The notes: generated by a model not told the origin, from the letters alone. A DNA stretch of 64,000 nt from an uncultured delta proteobacterium (GCA_963696385.1 CAVOKF010000005.1:480001-544000), one strand, 5' to 3'; shown: positions 9,786-21,825, counted from the stretch's first letter. Made by a program: numbers and translations.

Positions 9786-10799
9786 TTAGGGACAGCTGGT
9801 CGTGCCGTTCATGGCGCACGTTCCCGCCGTGCCGCCGTCTGCGCCAAGAATGCATCGCGACAAATCCAGGCAGCCGGGTCCGGCCGTCGTATCGCAGCCG
9901 GTTCCGTCGGCGGCGGCGCCCGTGCATGTCCCCGGCGTAGTCCCGCTGGCTCCCATGCAGACTCCGTTGGTGCCGCAAGGACTGTTCTGGTCGTTCACGT
10001 CGCCGCAAGGCTGACCCGCCGTGGCTACGGCGATGGCGGCGCATTCCGTCGTCATCGAGTTGCACACGAGGCCGTTGGCTCGGTCGCACCCGCCGTGGCC
10101 CCCCGCCTTGAGAAGCGGATCGCAGACGGCCCCGACGGTTTCGGAATCGGGCTGACACGTTCCCTGGGTGTTGGTCGTTGCATCCGAGCCGACGCACGAC
10201 AGCCCGACTCCGCACGGCTGTCCCGTGCCGCAGGCGCCTCCGCTCGCGGCCACGACGACGCAGGTTTGCGTATCGCTCGTGCATACGACGCCGGGGCCGC
10301 ACGTCGTGATCCCGGCGCAAGACGAACCCAACGTCGGTTGCGCGGCACACGTGCCGCACGCGGCCCCTGGAGCGATTGCGCAAAAGCCCGACTGACACTG
10401 GCCTGGGAACGCACACCCGCCGCCGACCCCCACCGATCCCGTCTGCTGCTGACAAGCCGTCGGAACGTCGAGGTCGTTCAGGTAGTCCGTGCACGGCCAA
10501 CCGGGATACGCTTGCGAGCAGGCTTCGGTGTGGGCGGGGCTATTGCCCGTCGACGGAGCCGCGAGCGAAGTGGTGCAGTTCGCCGTGACCCGGGCCGTGC
10601 ACGTCGCGGAGTCTCCGTAGCGAAGGATCATGTCTGTGGGCGAGCAGGTCTCGAGCCTCGCGCACTCCGCGTTCCCGAGGTCGGCGCACGCCTGGGCCGC
10701 ACTCGGTCCGCTCGACCCGCGCGAACCGGGCGAGGTGCTCGATCCACCGCAGGCGAAGACCGCCGATGCCAAGACCGTAACTGCGATCCTTCGCTTCAT
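9786..10799 (-). CDS. Cys-rich lipoprotein of unknown function
   Basis: MKRRIAVTVLASAVFAC lipobox; many regularly spaced Cys/Gly modules. Confidence 0.75.
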   Translation of the reverse strand: MKRRIAVTVLASAVFACGGSSTSPGSRGSSGPSAAQACADLGNAECARLETCSPTDMILRYGDSATCTARVTANCTTSLAAPSTGNSPAHTEACSQAYPGWPCTDYLNDLDVPTACQQQTGSVGVGGGCAFPGQCQSGFCAIAPGAACGTCAAQPTLGSSCAGITTCGPGVVCTSDTQTCVVVAASGGACGTGQPCGVGLSCVGSDATTNTQGTCQPDSETVGAVCDPLLKAGGHGGCDRANGLVCNSMTTECAAIAVATAGQPCGDVNDQNSPCGTNGVCMGASGTTPGTCTGAAADGTGCDTTAGPGCLDLSRCILGADGGTAGTCAMNGTTSCP

Positions 10800-10874
10800 C
10801 GTTGTGAGTCCCTCCGCTTGGATCCGTGGACTGAAAAAGCGCCATTACAGCACACTGCTCTCGGCCGCGGCCGG

Positions 10875-13800
10875 TCACGATTCGGCGTCGGGCGCAAACC
10901 CACGTCGCATGACATTTTCGACGATCACGCGGGGGAAGAGAAAATTCTCGAGATAGCCTTTGCCGCCGGCCTTTGTGCCGGATCCGCTCAGTTTGAGACC
11001 GCCGAACGGGTGGCGCTCGACGATCGCGCCCGTGATGCCGCGGTTCAGATACAAGTTGCCGACGACCAACTCGCGCTCGGCGCGCGCGAGTGCGACCGGG
11101 CTTCGCGAAAACAAGCCTCCGGTCAGCGCGTAGTCCGATGCGTTGGCCATCGCGAACGCTTCGTCGAGATCGCGGGCTTGCAGGACGGCGACCACGGGTC
11201 CGAAGATTTCTTCGCGCGCGATGACGGCGTCGGGCGGCACGTCCACGAACACCGTGGGGGGGACGAAGTACCCGCCGCTGCCGAGGATGTCCGGCGAAAG
11301 GCGGGCCTGGAACGCGAGCTTGGCTTCGTGCTTGCCGCGCTCGATGAGGTCGAGGATTTTCGCCCGCGCGGGTGGGTCGATAACGGGTCCGACCACCGTG
11401 CCGGGCAGCGAGGGGTCTCCCACCTTGAGGCTCCCGCACGCGGCGACGAAGCGATCGACGAACGGCTCGTATGCCTGTGCGACCACGATCAGTCGCGATA
11501 GCGCCGAGCACTTTTGCCCGCTGAATCCGAACGCGCTGTAGAGCGCCGCCGGGATCGCCTCGTCGAAGTCGGCGTCGGCATCGACGATGAGGGCATTCTT
11601 CCCGCCCATTTCGCAGACGACCTTCTTTAGGTTGGCCTGGCCGGGGCGCGTTTGCCCGGCCGCGGCCCAGATCCGTAGACCGACCGCGCGCGACCCGGTG
11701 AAAGCAATGAAGTCGACCTTCGGATGGGAGACGAGGACCTCGCCGATCTCTTCGCCGTACCCGGGCAGAAAATTCACGACGCCCGCGGGCAGTCCGGCGT
11801 CCAGCAGCACACCCATGAGCGCGGCGGCGATGACGGTGGTCTGCTCCGCGGGCTTCATGACCACGGCATTGCCGCCGACGACGGCTGCGACGGTCATCCC
11901 GCACAGGATCGCGATCGGGAAGTTCCACGGCGCAATCACGACACCCACTCCGCGCGGCATGAAGCGCTGCACGCAGCGCTCGCCCGCCACCGCCTGGGTG
12001 ACCGTCCCCCGGTCGAGTTTGCGCATCTCGCTGGCGTAGAAGCGGCAGAAGTCGATCGCTTCGCTCACGTCGGCATCGGCCTCGATCCAGGGCTTGCCGG
12101 CCTCCAGGACGATGAGCGCGTTCAGGTCGCAACGGCGTACCTCCATCAGCCCGGCGGCTTTCTCGATGATACCGGCGCGCTCGTCGGCCGAAACCTGCGC
12201 CCAGCGGGGTTGCGCTGCCAACGCCGCGGCGATCGCAGCCTCGGCCTCTCGAACCGTTGCGCGGGCCCAGTAGCCGATGATCTGTGCGGGTCGTGCGGGA
12301 TTGACGGACGCGACGAACTCGACCCCGGCGATCGGCTTGCCGCCGATGACGAGGGGCCATTGCGCGCCCAGCCGAGCCGAGACGCGCGCAAGTGCCCCCC
12401 TCATGTCTTCCCGGAGGTCGCTGCGGCCAAAGTCGCTGTTGGCCGCGTTCGAGAAGGCATTCGGGGTGGCCTTCGGCGGGGCTAGAGAGGTCGGCTTGCC
12501 GTCGAGGAGCTCGACGGGGTTTCGCAAGAGCTGCTGCGGCGTCGAAGCGCCGAGCGCCTTTGCGCGCAGGAAGCCTTCGTTGCTCGTGTTTTCGAGCAAG
12601 CGGCGAACCAGATACGCCATGCCCGGCAGAAGCTCCCCGACCGGGCAATACTCGCGCACGCGGTGGCCGCTGCGGATCAGAGCGATCTTGAGCTCGTCGG
12701 CCATTCCGTAGAGGGCCTGAAACTCGTAAGCCCGCGGATCGACCCCCAACCGCTCCGCTTGGGCGATCGCGTGGGCGGAGGATCGAACGTTGTGCGTGGC
12801 GAACGCCGGGGTGATCCGATCGATGTTTTCGAGAAGCAACAACGAGAGCGCCTCGAAGTTGGCGTCGGTCTCGGCTTTCAGTGCCCAAACGGGCACCGGC
12901 CAGCCGCGCTGCCGGGCGAAAGCGTGTTCGTAATCCCAATAGGCGCCCTTCACGAGCCTCACTCCCACGGTTCGGTGGCTCCTGCGCGCCCAGTCGACGA
13001 GGTCGTGCAGATCGCGCGCCGAGTCGCGCAGGTACGCTTGCAGCGCGATGCCGACCGAGGGCGCTTTTCGGAACTCGGCTTCTTCGAGAATCGACTTGAA
13101 CAGCGCGAGCGTCAGGTCTTTGAATCGAAAACTCTCCATGTCGAGGTTGATGAAGGCTCCGACCTCGGCGGCGCGACGTAGAATGGGCCGCAGCCTCTTC
13201 TTGAGCGCGACGATCGAGTTCTCGGGATCTGCGGGATGAACGTCGGGCGTGAGTGCGGAGACTTTGACGGAAAGGTTGAGGCGGGGCAGCACGCCCTGCG
13301 GGCCGATGTCGCTGAAGCACGGCGTCGGATTCTTGGGCGACCGCTTGCGCGACCGTGTCGAGGACGTCGCGGTTGCGCTCGAGAAACGCGTCGGCCTCCC
13401 GGTCGCTCACGACGGCTTCGCCGAGCAGATCGATGGACGTGGCGATCCCGATGCGCGCGTTGCGACGCAGCTGCTGGACGAGGTCCGCCGCGGACTGCCC
13501 CGCGACGAACTGAGACGCCATCCGAGCGACGTTGGCCGTCACCGGCCCGGCCACGAGCGCCGGGGCGAACGACGACGCGGCCAGTCCGGCCTTGAGCGCG
13601 GGATTGAGTTCGACGGCCTTGTCTCCGAGATATTCCTGCAGGTGACGAACGACCTCGGCCGACGAGGTCAAAGACGGCAATACGTCGACGAAGCGGAAGA
13701 GCTGCACCTTGAACGCGGGATTCTTCATCGACCACTCCATCAGGCGGCCGTAGATGCCCTTTTTCGAAAGCGGAGCGGCAGCGTGAGCCGCGTCCATGAG

Positions 13801-13878
13801 CGCAAAGAGCTTTTGGCCCTGCGCCCGGACGGTGGCTTCCAACGCGGGATCCGGCGCGGGGTAAGTCGGCGAGTTCAT
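10875..13878 (-). pseudogene. putA: Bifunctional proline dehydrogenase/P5C dehydrogenase, split by a +1 frameshift near 13336 (possibly a sequencing error)
   Basis: N-terminal frame: FKVQLFRFVDVLP, DLLGEAV. Second frame: LSVKVSAL, RLVKGAYWD, RRLLENTSNEGF, EMGGKN, GQKCSA, EEIFGPV. Removing one G from GGG at 13335-13337 joins the frames. Confidence 0.9.
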
Positions 13879-13959
13879 CGCCGTCGAGGTTAGCGCGAAG
13901 GGTGGCTCAGACCCGATGGCCGTGGGCTGCCTTGCCCCTCGCGTGCTAAGCGCCGCCCC

Positions 13960-15729
13960 ATGATTGCGGCCGACTTCGCACGCATCGTCGGCCCCGCGCT
14001 CGCATCCGCGCTCGCCATGAAGGGCTATGACACGCTGACTCCCGTTCAGGAGGCCGTGCTCGACGCGGCTCTCGAAGGACGCGATCTCCGGATCACGTCT
14101 CAGACCGGATCGGGCAAGACCATCGCGATTGGCTTCGTGGTGCGCGATTTGCTGGGCGACCTCCCGACGCCCCAGCACGGCGGCGCCGCGCGGCCGCGCG
14201 TCCTCGTTCTCACGCCGACGCGCGAGCTCGCCAAACAAGTGGCCGAGGAGCTCGCGTGGCTGTATGCGCCGCTGCGCGTGCGGGTCGCCGCCGTCACCGG
14301 CGGGGCCGGCTATCTGGACCAAAAGCGAGCGCTTTCATCCAACCCTGCCGTGGTCGTTGCGACTCCGGGACGCCTGCGGGACGCCCTCGAGCGCGGCAAG
14401 ATCGACGCCGCGGCGCTTTCGGCCGTCGTTCTCGACGAAGCCGATTCGATGCTGGATCTCGGTTTCCGCGAAGACCTCGACGCCATTCTCGCGAAACTCC
14501 CAGAGGAGCGCCGATCGCATTTGGTCTCGGCGACCTTCTCGCGCGACGTCGTATCGCTCGCCGACCGCTTCCAGCGCGATCCCGTTCACGTTCAAGGCAC
14601 CCGCCTCGGCGAGGCGCATGCCGACATCGAGCACGTCGTGCACCTGGTCGAGCCGCGGCAACGGGTCGATGCTCTGGTCAATCTTCTTCTGTCGGACGAG
14701 GACGCGAAGTCGCTGGTTTTCGCGCGAACGCGGGCGGACGTCGCCCGCGTCGCCGGCGAGCTCGCCGAGGCGGGCTTCGTCGTCCGGACGCTTTCCGGCG
14801 AAATGGAGCAGCCGGAGCGGGATCGAGCGCTCGCCGCGTTCCGGCAAGGTGGCGTCCAGGCCCTCGTCGCAACCGACGTGGCCGCGCGCGGACTCGACGT
14901 CCGCGACATCGCGCGCGTGATCCAGATCGAGCCCCCGACCGATGTCGAGACGTACACGCATCGGAGCGGTCGCACCGGTCGCGCCGGAAAGCAGGGCAAG
15001 AGCGTGCTCTTCGTCGTACCGTTGCATTATCCGGCGATCGCGCGTGGTTTCGCGCGAGCCAAGATTGCGTTTCGCGTGGAGCCCATCCCGCGTCCGGATG
15101 CCATCCAGCGGGCGCGAGAGGAAAAATTGGTGGCTTGGCTCGCGCGCGACGTCGACGGCGAGAGCATCGACCCCCAAGCGATATCCATTGCCGAGCGTAT
15201 CGTAAAGAGCGACGCGCTCGTCCACGCGGTCGCGCGTTTGGTCGTCAAGGCCGGACTGCAGGGTCCGACGCGGGCTCGCGAGGTGCGCGCCGTGGCACCG
15301 CCAGAGGACGACCGTCGCGATCGTCCCCGCGCCCCCCGGACGGCTCCGGCCAAGAGCAAGCGTTCGGCGGACAGCCCCACGTGGGTAACCTTTCGCGTCA
15401 GCTGGGGTGGCCTGCACGGCGCCGATCCGCGTCGCCTACTCGCTGTCGCGTGCCGGCGAGGCCGCATCCAAGGCACCCAAGTGGGCGCGATCCGCGTCGA
15501 GGCGGCGTACTCTCTCATCGACATCGCGCGCGACGTCGCCGAGACGTTCGAGGCCGCCGCAAGCCGCCCGGATCCGCGCGATCCGCGGGTGCGAATCAGC
15601 CGCTCCGACGGGGCCATCGACGAGAGCGTGCCACCTCGCCCATCGGGCCCGCGCAAGCCCGGCAAACTCCCGCCACGCGGCGAGCGGCGCGGCGACGCGC
15701 CTCTGCGGCGTTCGGTCCGTAAGCCGTGA
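13960..15729 (+). CDS. DEAD-box RNA helicase (DeaD/CsdA-like, C-terminal DbpA-type RNA-binding domain)
   Basis: TPVQ, QTGSGKT, PTRELA, TPGRL, DEAD, SAT, ARGLD, HRSGRTGRAG. Confidence 0.93.
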   Translation: MIAADFARIVGPALASALAMKGYDTLTPVQEAVLDAALEGRDLRITSQTGSGKTIAIGFVVRDLLGDLPTPQHGGAARPRVLVLTPTRELAKQVAEELAWLYAPLRVRVAAVTGGAGYLDQKRALSSNPAVVVATPGRLRDALERGKIDAAALSAVVLDEADSMLDLGFREDLDAILAKLPEERRSHLVSATFSRDVVSLADRFQRDPVHVQGTRLGEAHADIEHVVHLVEPRQRVDALVNLLLSDEDAKSLVFARTRADVARVAGELAEAGFVVRTLSGEMEQPERDRALAAFRQGGVQALVATDVAARGLDVRDIARVIQIEPPTDVETYTHRSGRTGRAGKQGKSVLFVVPLHYPAIARGFARAKIAFRVEPIPRPDAIQRAREEKLVAWLARDVDGESIDPQAISIAERIVKSDALVHAVARLVVKAGLQGPTRAREVRAVAPPEDDRRDRPRAPRTAPAKSKRSADSPTWVTFRVSWGGLHGADPRRLLAVACRRGRIQGTQVGAIRVEAAYSLIDIARDVAETFEAAASRPDPRDPRVRISRSDGAIDESVPPRPSGPRKPGKLPPRGERRGDAPLRRSVRKP

Positions 15730-15795
15730 GACCGGGGTCGAGGTCGAGGCGCAGAGTGACAAAATTAGGGATTTGACGCAGATTCTGGGCGCCCA

Positions 15796-17181
15796 ATGAG
15801 CCGAGACCCTCGTATCGCCCCATCCGATGCCCTCGTTTTCTTCGGAGCTACCGGGGACCTGGCCTATAAAAAAATTTTTCCCGCGCTCCAGGCGATGGCC
15901 GGACGTGGCAAGCTCACGTTTCCGGTGATCGGAGTCGCCAAGTCCGGTTGGGACCTCCAACAGTTCGTCGACCGCGCGAGAAAGAGCGTCACCGAGTTCG
16001 GCGGTTTGCGCGAAGAGGCCTTCCGGACGCTCGTCGGGCGTCTTCGGTACGTCGATGGCGACTACGGGGATCCCGCCACGTTCAACGCGCTCAAAGGCGA
16101 GCTCGGCGATGCCAAGAGACCGACCCACTATTTGGCGATCCCTCCGAGCATGTTCCCGACGGTTTCTCTGCGCTTGGCCGAAGCGGGGCTGCACACCAAC
16201 GCCCGCGTGGTGGTCGAAAAGCCGTTCGGACGTGACCTGGAATCGGCCCGCGCGCTCAACGCGACACTGCATCAGTTTTTCGACGAGGCCTCGATTTTCC
16301 GAATCGATCACTATTTGGGTAAAGAGGCCGTCCAGAACATTCTTTACTTCCGCTTCGCGAACGCATTCCTCGAACCGATTTGGAACCGAAACTACGTCGA
16401 GAACATTCAGATTACGATGGCCGAAAGCTTCGGCGTGGCTGGCCGCGGCAAGTTCTACGAGGAGACGGGCGTCGTTCGTGACGTCATCCAGAACCATATG
16501 TTTCAAATCGTCTCGTATTTGGCCATGGAGCCGCCTTCGAGCACCTACGCCGAAGCGATTCGCGACGAGCAGGCGAAGGTCCTGCGCAACGTGAGAGCCC
16601 TCAGCGACGCGAACATGGTGCGCGGCCAGTTTCGGGGCTATCGCGACGAACCGGGTGTGGCCAAGGACTCGTACATGGCCACGTATGCGGCGCTCCGTCT
16701 CTTCGTCGACTCGTGGCGCTGGGATGGCGTTCCGTTTTTGGTGCGCGCCGGCAAGTGCCTCCAGATGACATGCACGGAGGTCATGGTCGAATTGCGCAAT
16801 CCGCCGCAGGTCGTGTTCTCCGAACCGACGCCGTCCGTCGGCAATTACGTTCGCTTTCGTCTGTCTCCTCATGTCTCGATCGCGATCGGCGCGCGCGCCA
16901 AGCGGCCCGGAGAAAACATGGCCGGCCAGCCGATCGAGCTGTCGGTCGTGCAGCAGCCGAAGAGCGACGAGATGGACGCGTACGAACGGCTGCTCGGTGA
17001 TGCGATGGCCGGCGACGCGACGCTTTTTGCTCGACAGGACGTGGTCGAAGCGGCGTGGCGCATCGTCGATCCGGTCATCCACGGACCGAGCGAGATGTGG
17101 GAATACGAACCAGGCTCCTGGGGACCTCCCCAAGCCGATCGACTCGTGGCCGCGATCGGTGGATGGAACACTCCCCGGTGA
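15796..17181 (+). CDS. zwf: Glucose-6-phosphate 1-dehydrogenase
   Basis: [40 protein letters not shown]. Confidence 0.97.
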   Translation: MSRDPRIAPSDALVFFGATGDLAYKKIFPALQAMAGRGKLTFPVIGVAKSGWDLQQFVDRARKSVTEFGGLREEAFRTLVGRLRYVDGDYGDPATFNALKGELGDAKRPTHYLAIPPSMFPTVSLRLAEAGLHTNARVVVEKPFGRDLESARALNATLHQFFDEASIFRIDHYLGKEAVQNILYFRFANAFLEPIWNRNYVENIQITMAESFGVAGRGKFYEETGVVRDVIQNHMFQIVSYLAMEPPSSTYAEAIRDEQAKVLRNVRALSDANMVRGQFRGYRDEPGVAKDSYMATYAALRLFVDSWRWDGVPFLVRAGKCLQMTCTEVMVELRNPPQVVFSEPTPSVGNYVRFRLSPHVSIAIGARAKRPGENMAGQPIELSVVQQPKSDEMDAYERLLGDAMAGDATLFARQDVVEAAWRIVDPVIHGPSEMWEYEPGSWGPPQADRLVAAIGGWNTPR

Positions 17182-17193
17182 GCTTACGCCGAG

Positions 17194-18159
17194 CTAGCGT
17201 TCGGGGCCGGGTGTGGCTTCCGGCGGGTGCGTCCATGAAAGTCGGTCGTTCGGCCCCAACGCCTCGATTTCGTGGAAACGGGCATAATCGATGGTGCGGT
17301 CGCCGTTGGGCTCGATCGTCAGGACGTCGGCAAAGCGCGCATTGAGGACGATGTCCGAAAGCTTGTATTGGTATCGAGCCTGAATCTGCTGGGCGAGGGT
17401 CTCGTCGATGCCCGTGAAAGCGAGGAAAAGCGCGGCGCCCGATTCGGACAATCGCGCGATGGCGTCCGCACCGCCCCAAAAGGGGCTGGTCGGGTCGATG
17501 CGATGCATGGGCATCCACGAGAGGGCGAAGAGCGCAGTCCGATCCCGCACCAGCGGTAGCTCGACCGGCGTGCGAATGACGTCGCCCTCCTGGGTCCGTT
17601 GCAGCATGAGCAAGAGCACCCGCAGCTGTCCCTCCACGACCATGTTGCCGCGCCAGTTGGCGAGACGGAACACGAGGTGAGGAACGCCGTCCCGGACGTG
17701 AATCACCGCCTTCTCCGCGAAGAGCACGCGTGCCGTCGGGCGGGCGAATTTGGCGAACGTGACGCCGGTCATGAGCGCGATGCCCAACGTGCCGACCAAC
17801 GCCTCGACGACCACGATGGCGTGCCCGTACCGGGTCGCGGGGGCCATCGCGCCGTAACCGATTGTCGCGAACGTCTGGACGCTGAAATAAAAGGCATCCT
17901 CCAAGCCCGGCGCGGCGTTCGAGACGCATCCTGGGCGTGCGGCATAAAGCGCGGCGAACCCGAGATTGGTCCCCACCCACATCGCCGTGACGACCGCGAA
18001 GAAGCGCCACCACGAAACCGTCAGTACCTTGTGGTACAGGTCCTCGAAGTACGAGACGCGCTGCCCACGCGTGTGCACGGTGAGAGAGGCCCGCGTTGCC
18101 GATCGGAAGCGAATCGCCTTCGGCTTCGGACCGGCTCCGTTCGACACCCGGCCGAGCAT
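17194..18159 (-). CDS. Inward-rectifier potassium channel (KirBac family)
   Basis: DLYHKVLTVSW, AFYFSVQTFATIGYG selectivity filter, FAKFARP, WMPMHRIDPTSP. Confidence 0.92.
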   Translation of the reverse strand: MLGRVSNGAGPKPKAIRFRSATRASLTVHTRGQRVSYFEDLYHKVLTVSWWRFFAVVTAMWVGTNLGFAALYAARPGCVSNAAPGLEDAFYFSVQTFATIGYGAMAPATRYGHAIVVVEALVGTLGIALMTGVTFAKFARPTARVLFAEKAVIHVRDGVPHLVFRLANWRGNMVVEGQLRVLLLMLQRTQEGDVIRTPVELPLVRDRTALFALSWMPMHRIDPTSPFWGGADAIARLSESGAALFLAFTGIDETLAQQIQARYQYKLSDIVLNARFADVLTIEPNGDRTIDYARFHEIEALGPNDRLSWTHPPEATPGPER

Positions 18160-18304
18160 AGCGTGGCTGCGCGCCGATCCGCCGCCAAGGGCAAGCGCCG
18201 GCTCTCAGAGACTGAACGTTTCTCGGACCGCGACGAAAAAACGAGCGCCTGGGCGGCCATCGGGAGGGGTGGCAGCGGCTCGCGTCGTTGGGTTCCGCCG
18301 GCTT

Positions 18305-19069
18305 TCACAGATTGAACGTTCCTCGGACCCCGACGAAAACGAGCGCGTGGGCAGCCATCTGGATGGGCTGTACCGGTTCGGGTTGCTGTTGGGTTCCGGA
18401 GCGGATTGTGATCGCGCCGGACTGCGTATTGTACTCGCCGACGGTGCCCAAAAGGAACGGACCCACGCCGAAGGTCTCGCTAAAGCGCCAGTCGAACCCC
18501 GCCGTCAAAGACGCGAACTCCCAACCCCGATCGGTGAAGTCCTCCACCAGGGTCGCCCGCACATAGGTCGCTCCTTGCGGCACGACGGTGCTCCCATCGA
18601 AGCTCGAGTGCAGAATTTCGTAACCGGCGCCGAGTCCCACGTACGGATCGAATGGGCGCTGCGGCAAGAAGTGGTAGTCCCCTTCGACCCCGAAGCGATA
18701 ATCTTGGGCGGTACACGACCACCCGCTCTGGCACGTCAGCGCGTAGGTCTTTAAAAACACCGGAGCGTACTGGCCGTAGACGCCGAGATAGAGCTCCGGA
18801 AGCACTCGCCAACCTGCGTCGACGAGGACCGGCAGAGCCCCGGAGCTCGCGTCGCTCAAATTCAATCCGTGGTAAACGACGCCCAGCCCGTACGTGTAAC
18901 CGACGCGCACGCCCGTCTGAAAGCCGGTTCGCGGCCCGCGGGGTGCGCGTGACTCGGCCGCGCCGGGGCCGCCGGACGCGTCGTCGGCCGCTCGGGCTTC
19001 GGCTGCGACGCCAACCGCCGAGCAGACTGCGGCCACACAAGCGATTCGAGATGCTCTCGACGTTCTCAT
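18305..19069 (-). CDS. Outer-membrane beta-barrel protein (OmpA/OmpW-like)
   Basis: Signal peptide; alternating aromatic beta strands (FDPYVGLGAGY); C-terminal VGVRGTFNL. Confidence 0.7.
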   Translation of the reverse strand: MRTSRASRIACVAAVCSAVGVAAEARAADDASGGPGAAESRAPRGPRTGFQTGVRVGYTYGLGVVYHGLNLSDASSGALPVLVDAGWRVLPELYLGVYGQYAPVFLKTYALTCQSGWSCTAQDYRFGVEGDYHFLPQRPFDPYVGLGAGYEILHSSFDGSTVVPQGATYVRATLVEDFTDRGWEFASLTAGFDWRFSETFGVGPFLLGTVGEYNTQSGAITIRSGTQQQPEPVQPIQMAAHALVFVGVRGTFNL

Positions 19070-19207
19070 TGGGCCATGGTTGAGGGTCCGCCGCCCGGGC
19101 GCAAGGCCAAGGCGGCGTCCCTCGCAGGCCGGACCGAGATCGACGTCGGCCGCCGGGGCGGAAAACGCCGAACTTTATAGCCAATCTCGATGTCGGTGGC
19201 CGCTCAA

Positions 19208-21613
19208 TCAGTGGGCCATCGATGCCGTGAGCCCCGCGCCGTCGAGCGCAGTCGTTCGGCGCGGAAGCGGTCGCTCCTCGAGTGCCGCGTCGATCACTTG
19301 GCACATCTGGGAGACGAACACGAACTCGATCTCGTGTTTGATTTCGTCGGGCACTTCGTCCAAATCGAACCGGTTTCGCTCCGGCACGATGACCCGCCGG
19401 ATGCCCGCGCGATGGGCCGCGAGGACCTTTTCCTTGAGCCCACCGATCGGCAGCACGCGCCCTCTCAGGGTGATCTCTCCGGTCATCGCCACGTCCGGTC
19501 TCACTCGAACTCCCGTGAGCAGCGACACGAGCGCGGTCAGAAGAGTGACGCCGGCGCTGGGTCCGTCCTTCGGCATCGCGCCCGCCGGCACGTGAATGTG
19601 CACGTCGTTCTTGTCGAGGAAGTCTCTCGCGATGCCCCAGCGGTGCGTGTTCGCGCGCACGTAGCTGAGGGCTGCGGCGGCGCTCTCTTTCATCACGTCG
19701 CCGAGTTGTCCAGTCAGCGTGAGCTTGCCACTTCCTGGCATGAGAGTCGCCTCGACGAAGAGGATCTGTCCGCCGACCGGCGTCCAGGCGAGGCCTGTAG
19801 CCACGCCCGGCTCCGAGGTGCGCTCGGCGACCGGATCCTCGTGGCGCGCGGGCCCTAAGAAGGGCCGAATGTCTTCCTGGTTGCCCACGACGGTCGCTTC
19901 TTCCCGTCCTTCTGCGAAGCGCACCGCGACCCCACGAACGACGGCAGCGATGCTCTTCTCGAGCGATCGGACGCCGGCTTCGCGGGTGTAGCCGTCGATG
20001 AGGATCGACAGTGCGCTGTCGGTGATCTCGAGCTTGTCCGCTGTGAGGCCGTGCTCCGACAGCTGCTTGGGGACCAGGTGTCGCTTTGCGATGGCAAGCT
20101 TCTCCTGCCGCGTGTACCCGGGGATTTCGATGATCTCCATCCGGTCTCGCAGCGGGGCCGGAATCGTGTCGGCGACGTTCGCGGTCGCGACGAACATCAC
20201 GTTCGACAGGTTGTACGGAATCTCGAGGTAGTGATCGGTAAACGTGTCGTTCTGTTCGGGGTCGAGAACCTCGAGAAGCGCCGAAGACGGGTCTCCCCGG
20301 AATCCGTCGTGTCCGAGCTTGTCGACTTCGTCGAGCATGAACACCGGGTTGGTGACCCCGACCTTCTTCAGTCCTTGGATGATGTTGCCCGGGAGCGCGC
20401 CGACGTACGTACGCCGGTGCCCGCGCAGAGCGGCCTCGTCGTGGACGCCGCCGAGCGAGATGCGATGGAACTTTCGCTCGAGAGCGCGAGCGATGCTGCG
20501 GCCGAGCGAGGTCTTGCCGACCCCCGGCGGGCCGATCAAGCATAGGATGGGTCCCTTCTTGTCGCCCTTGAGCTTTCGGACCGCCAGGTACTCGAGGATT
20601 CGTTTCTTCACCTTCTCGAGACCGTAGTGGTCGGCGTCCAGCACGGCACGGACGTGGGCGATGTCGGACGCATCCGGGGTGCTCGTCTTCCACGGCAGGT
20701 CGAGGATCCACTCGACGTAGGTCCGCACCATCGAAAACTCCGGCGAGCCGCCCTGCATGGATCGAAGCCGCTTGATTTGCTTGGCGACCACCTCCGCCGC
20801 CTCGGGCGAGAGCTGCGCACCGGAGGCCCGCTGTTCGAGCGCATCCAAGTCGTTGTCGCCGTCGCCATCGGTCTCCCCGAGCTCCTTTTCGATGGCCTTC
20901 TTCTGCTGTCGCAGCAGGTGTTCTCGCTGGGTCTTGCTCATCTCCTCTTGGACCTGCGCACTGATGTCGTCGCGCATCTTGAGGACCTCGCCTCGTCGAA
21001 TCACACGCGTGAGGACGGCGAGTACGCGGGCCTTCACGTCGAGTGTCGCCAAGAGCTCGGTCTTGTCGGCCGTCGTCCCTTCCATGCGCCCCGCGACGAA
21101 ATCGGCGAGCGCGCCCGGGTCGTCGATCGCGTTGATCTGAGCCGCAAATTCCGCAGGCACATGCAGCCGGTCCATGACCGTCCGCACGGCGTGCCGCAGG
21201 GCGCCGAACAATTGTGCGAGCTCTTCGTCTGCGGCGTTCACCTCTCGGGCCTCGTGGACCTTGGCCGTCGGAAGTGGGTCGCTGGACACGATCGCATCGA
21301 GCTCGGCGCGGACGATGCCGCGCAGAGTGACGACGGCACTCGGGGCCCGTCCAGGCGCGGCGATCACGTCGGCGAGCGTGCCGACAGCGTAGAGGTCCTG
21401 CGCTGCAGGAGCGTCGAGGGCCGCGATGTTTTTGGCCGTGAACACGGCCACGTAGCGGGACCCGTTGGACGACAAGCGTTCAGCCGCCTCGGTGCTCCTC
21501 ATCTCGAGCTGGACGATCATGCCCGGGAACATGACGGCATCGGGCAATACGATCAGCGGAAGCTCGTCCGGAAAAGCGGGGCCAGCAGGCGGTGCAGAAG
21601 TGGGAGTGGCCAT
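19208..21613 (-). CDS. lon: ATP-dependent protease La
   Basis: DHYGLEKVK, GPPGVGKTS, HRRTYVGALPG, LDEVDK, PKDGPSAG (catalytic Ser), IGGLKEK; GAGG RBS upstream of ATG 21613. Confidence 0.97.
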   Translation of the reverse strand: MATPTSAPPAGPAFPDELPLIVLPDAVMFPGMIVQLEMRSTEAAERLSSNGSRYVAVFTAKNIAALDAPAAQDLYAVGTLADVIAAPGRAPSAVVTLRGIVRAELDAIVSSDPLPTAKVHEAREVNAADEELAQLFGALRHAVRTVMDRLHVPAEFAAQINAIDDPGALADFVAGRMEGTTADKTELLATLDVKARVLAVLTRVIRRGEVLKMRDDISAQVQEEMSKTQREHLLRQQKKAIEKELGETDGDGDNDLDALEQRASGAQLSPEAAEVVAKQIKRLRSMQGGSPEFSMVRTYVEWILDLPWKTSTPDASDIAHVRAVLDADHYGLEKVKKRILEYLAVRKLKGDKKGPILCLIGPPGVGKTSLGRSIARALERKFHRISLGGVHDEAALRGHRRTYVGALPGNIIQGLKKVGVTNPVFMLDEVDKLGHDGFRGDPSSALLEVLDPEQNDTFTDHYLEIPYNLSNVMFVATANVADTIPAPLRDRMEIIEIPGYTRQEKLAIAKRHLVPKQLSEHGLTADKLEITDSALSILIDGYTREAGVRSLEKSIAAVVRGVAVRFAEGREEATVVGNQEDIRPFLGPARHEDPVAERTSEPGVATGLAWTPVGGQILFVEATLMPGSGKLTLTGQLGDVMKESAAAALSYVRANTHRWGIARDFLDKNDVHIHVPAGAMPKDGPSAGVTLLTALVSLLTGVRVRPDVAMTGEITLRGRVLPIGGLKEKVLAAHRAGIRRVIVPERNRFDLDEVPDEIKHEIEFVFVSQMCQVIDAALEERPLPRRTTALDGAGLTASMAH

Positions 21614-21825
21614 ATGTGTTCCTCTTTCTCGCAGACGCTCCGGGTTTCGGGCGTCTGGGCGTGCGTCCACGCGTCCGTCTGCTTGTCAAGAGTGCGCACG
21701 GAAGCGCGGACCGGGTCGCCCCGCCGTATGAACGGTCGGGCCGATGTGCCGATGATGAAACCGTAAGCACGTCTTTGGATCGCGCTAGCTGTCGGGCTTC
21801 CGACGGGAACCAAGGATCCCCGCGG

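Noticed and set aside
10540..14322. 1260-aa ORF on the minus strand
   Set aside because: Chimera of helicase antisense sequence, the true PutA N-terminus and out-of-frame read-through after the frameshift
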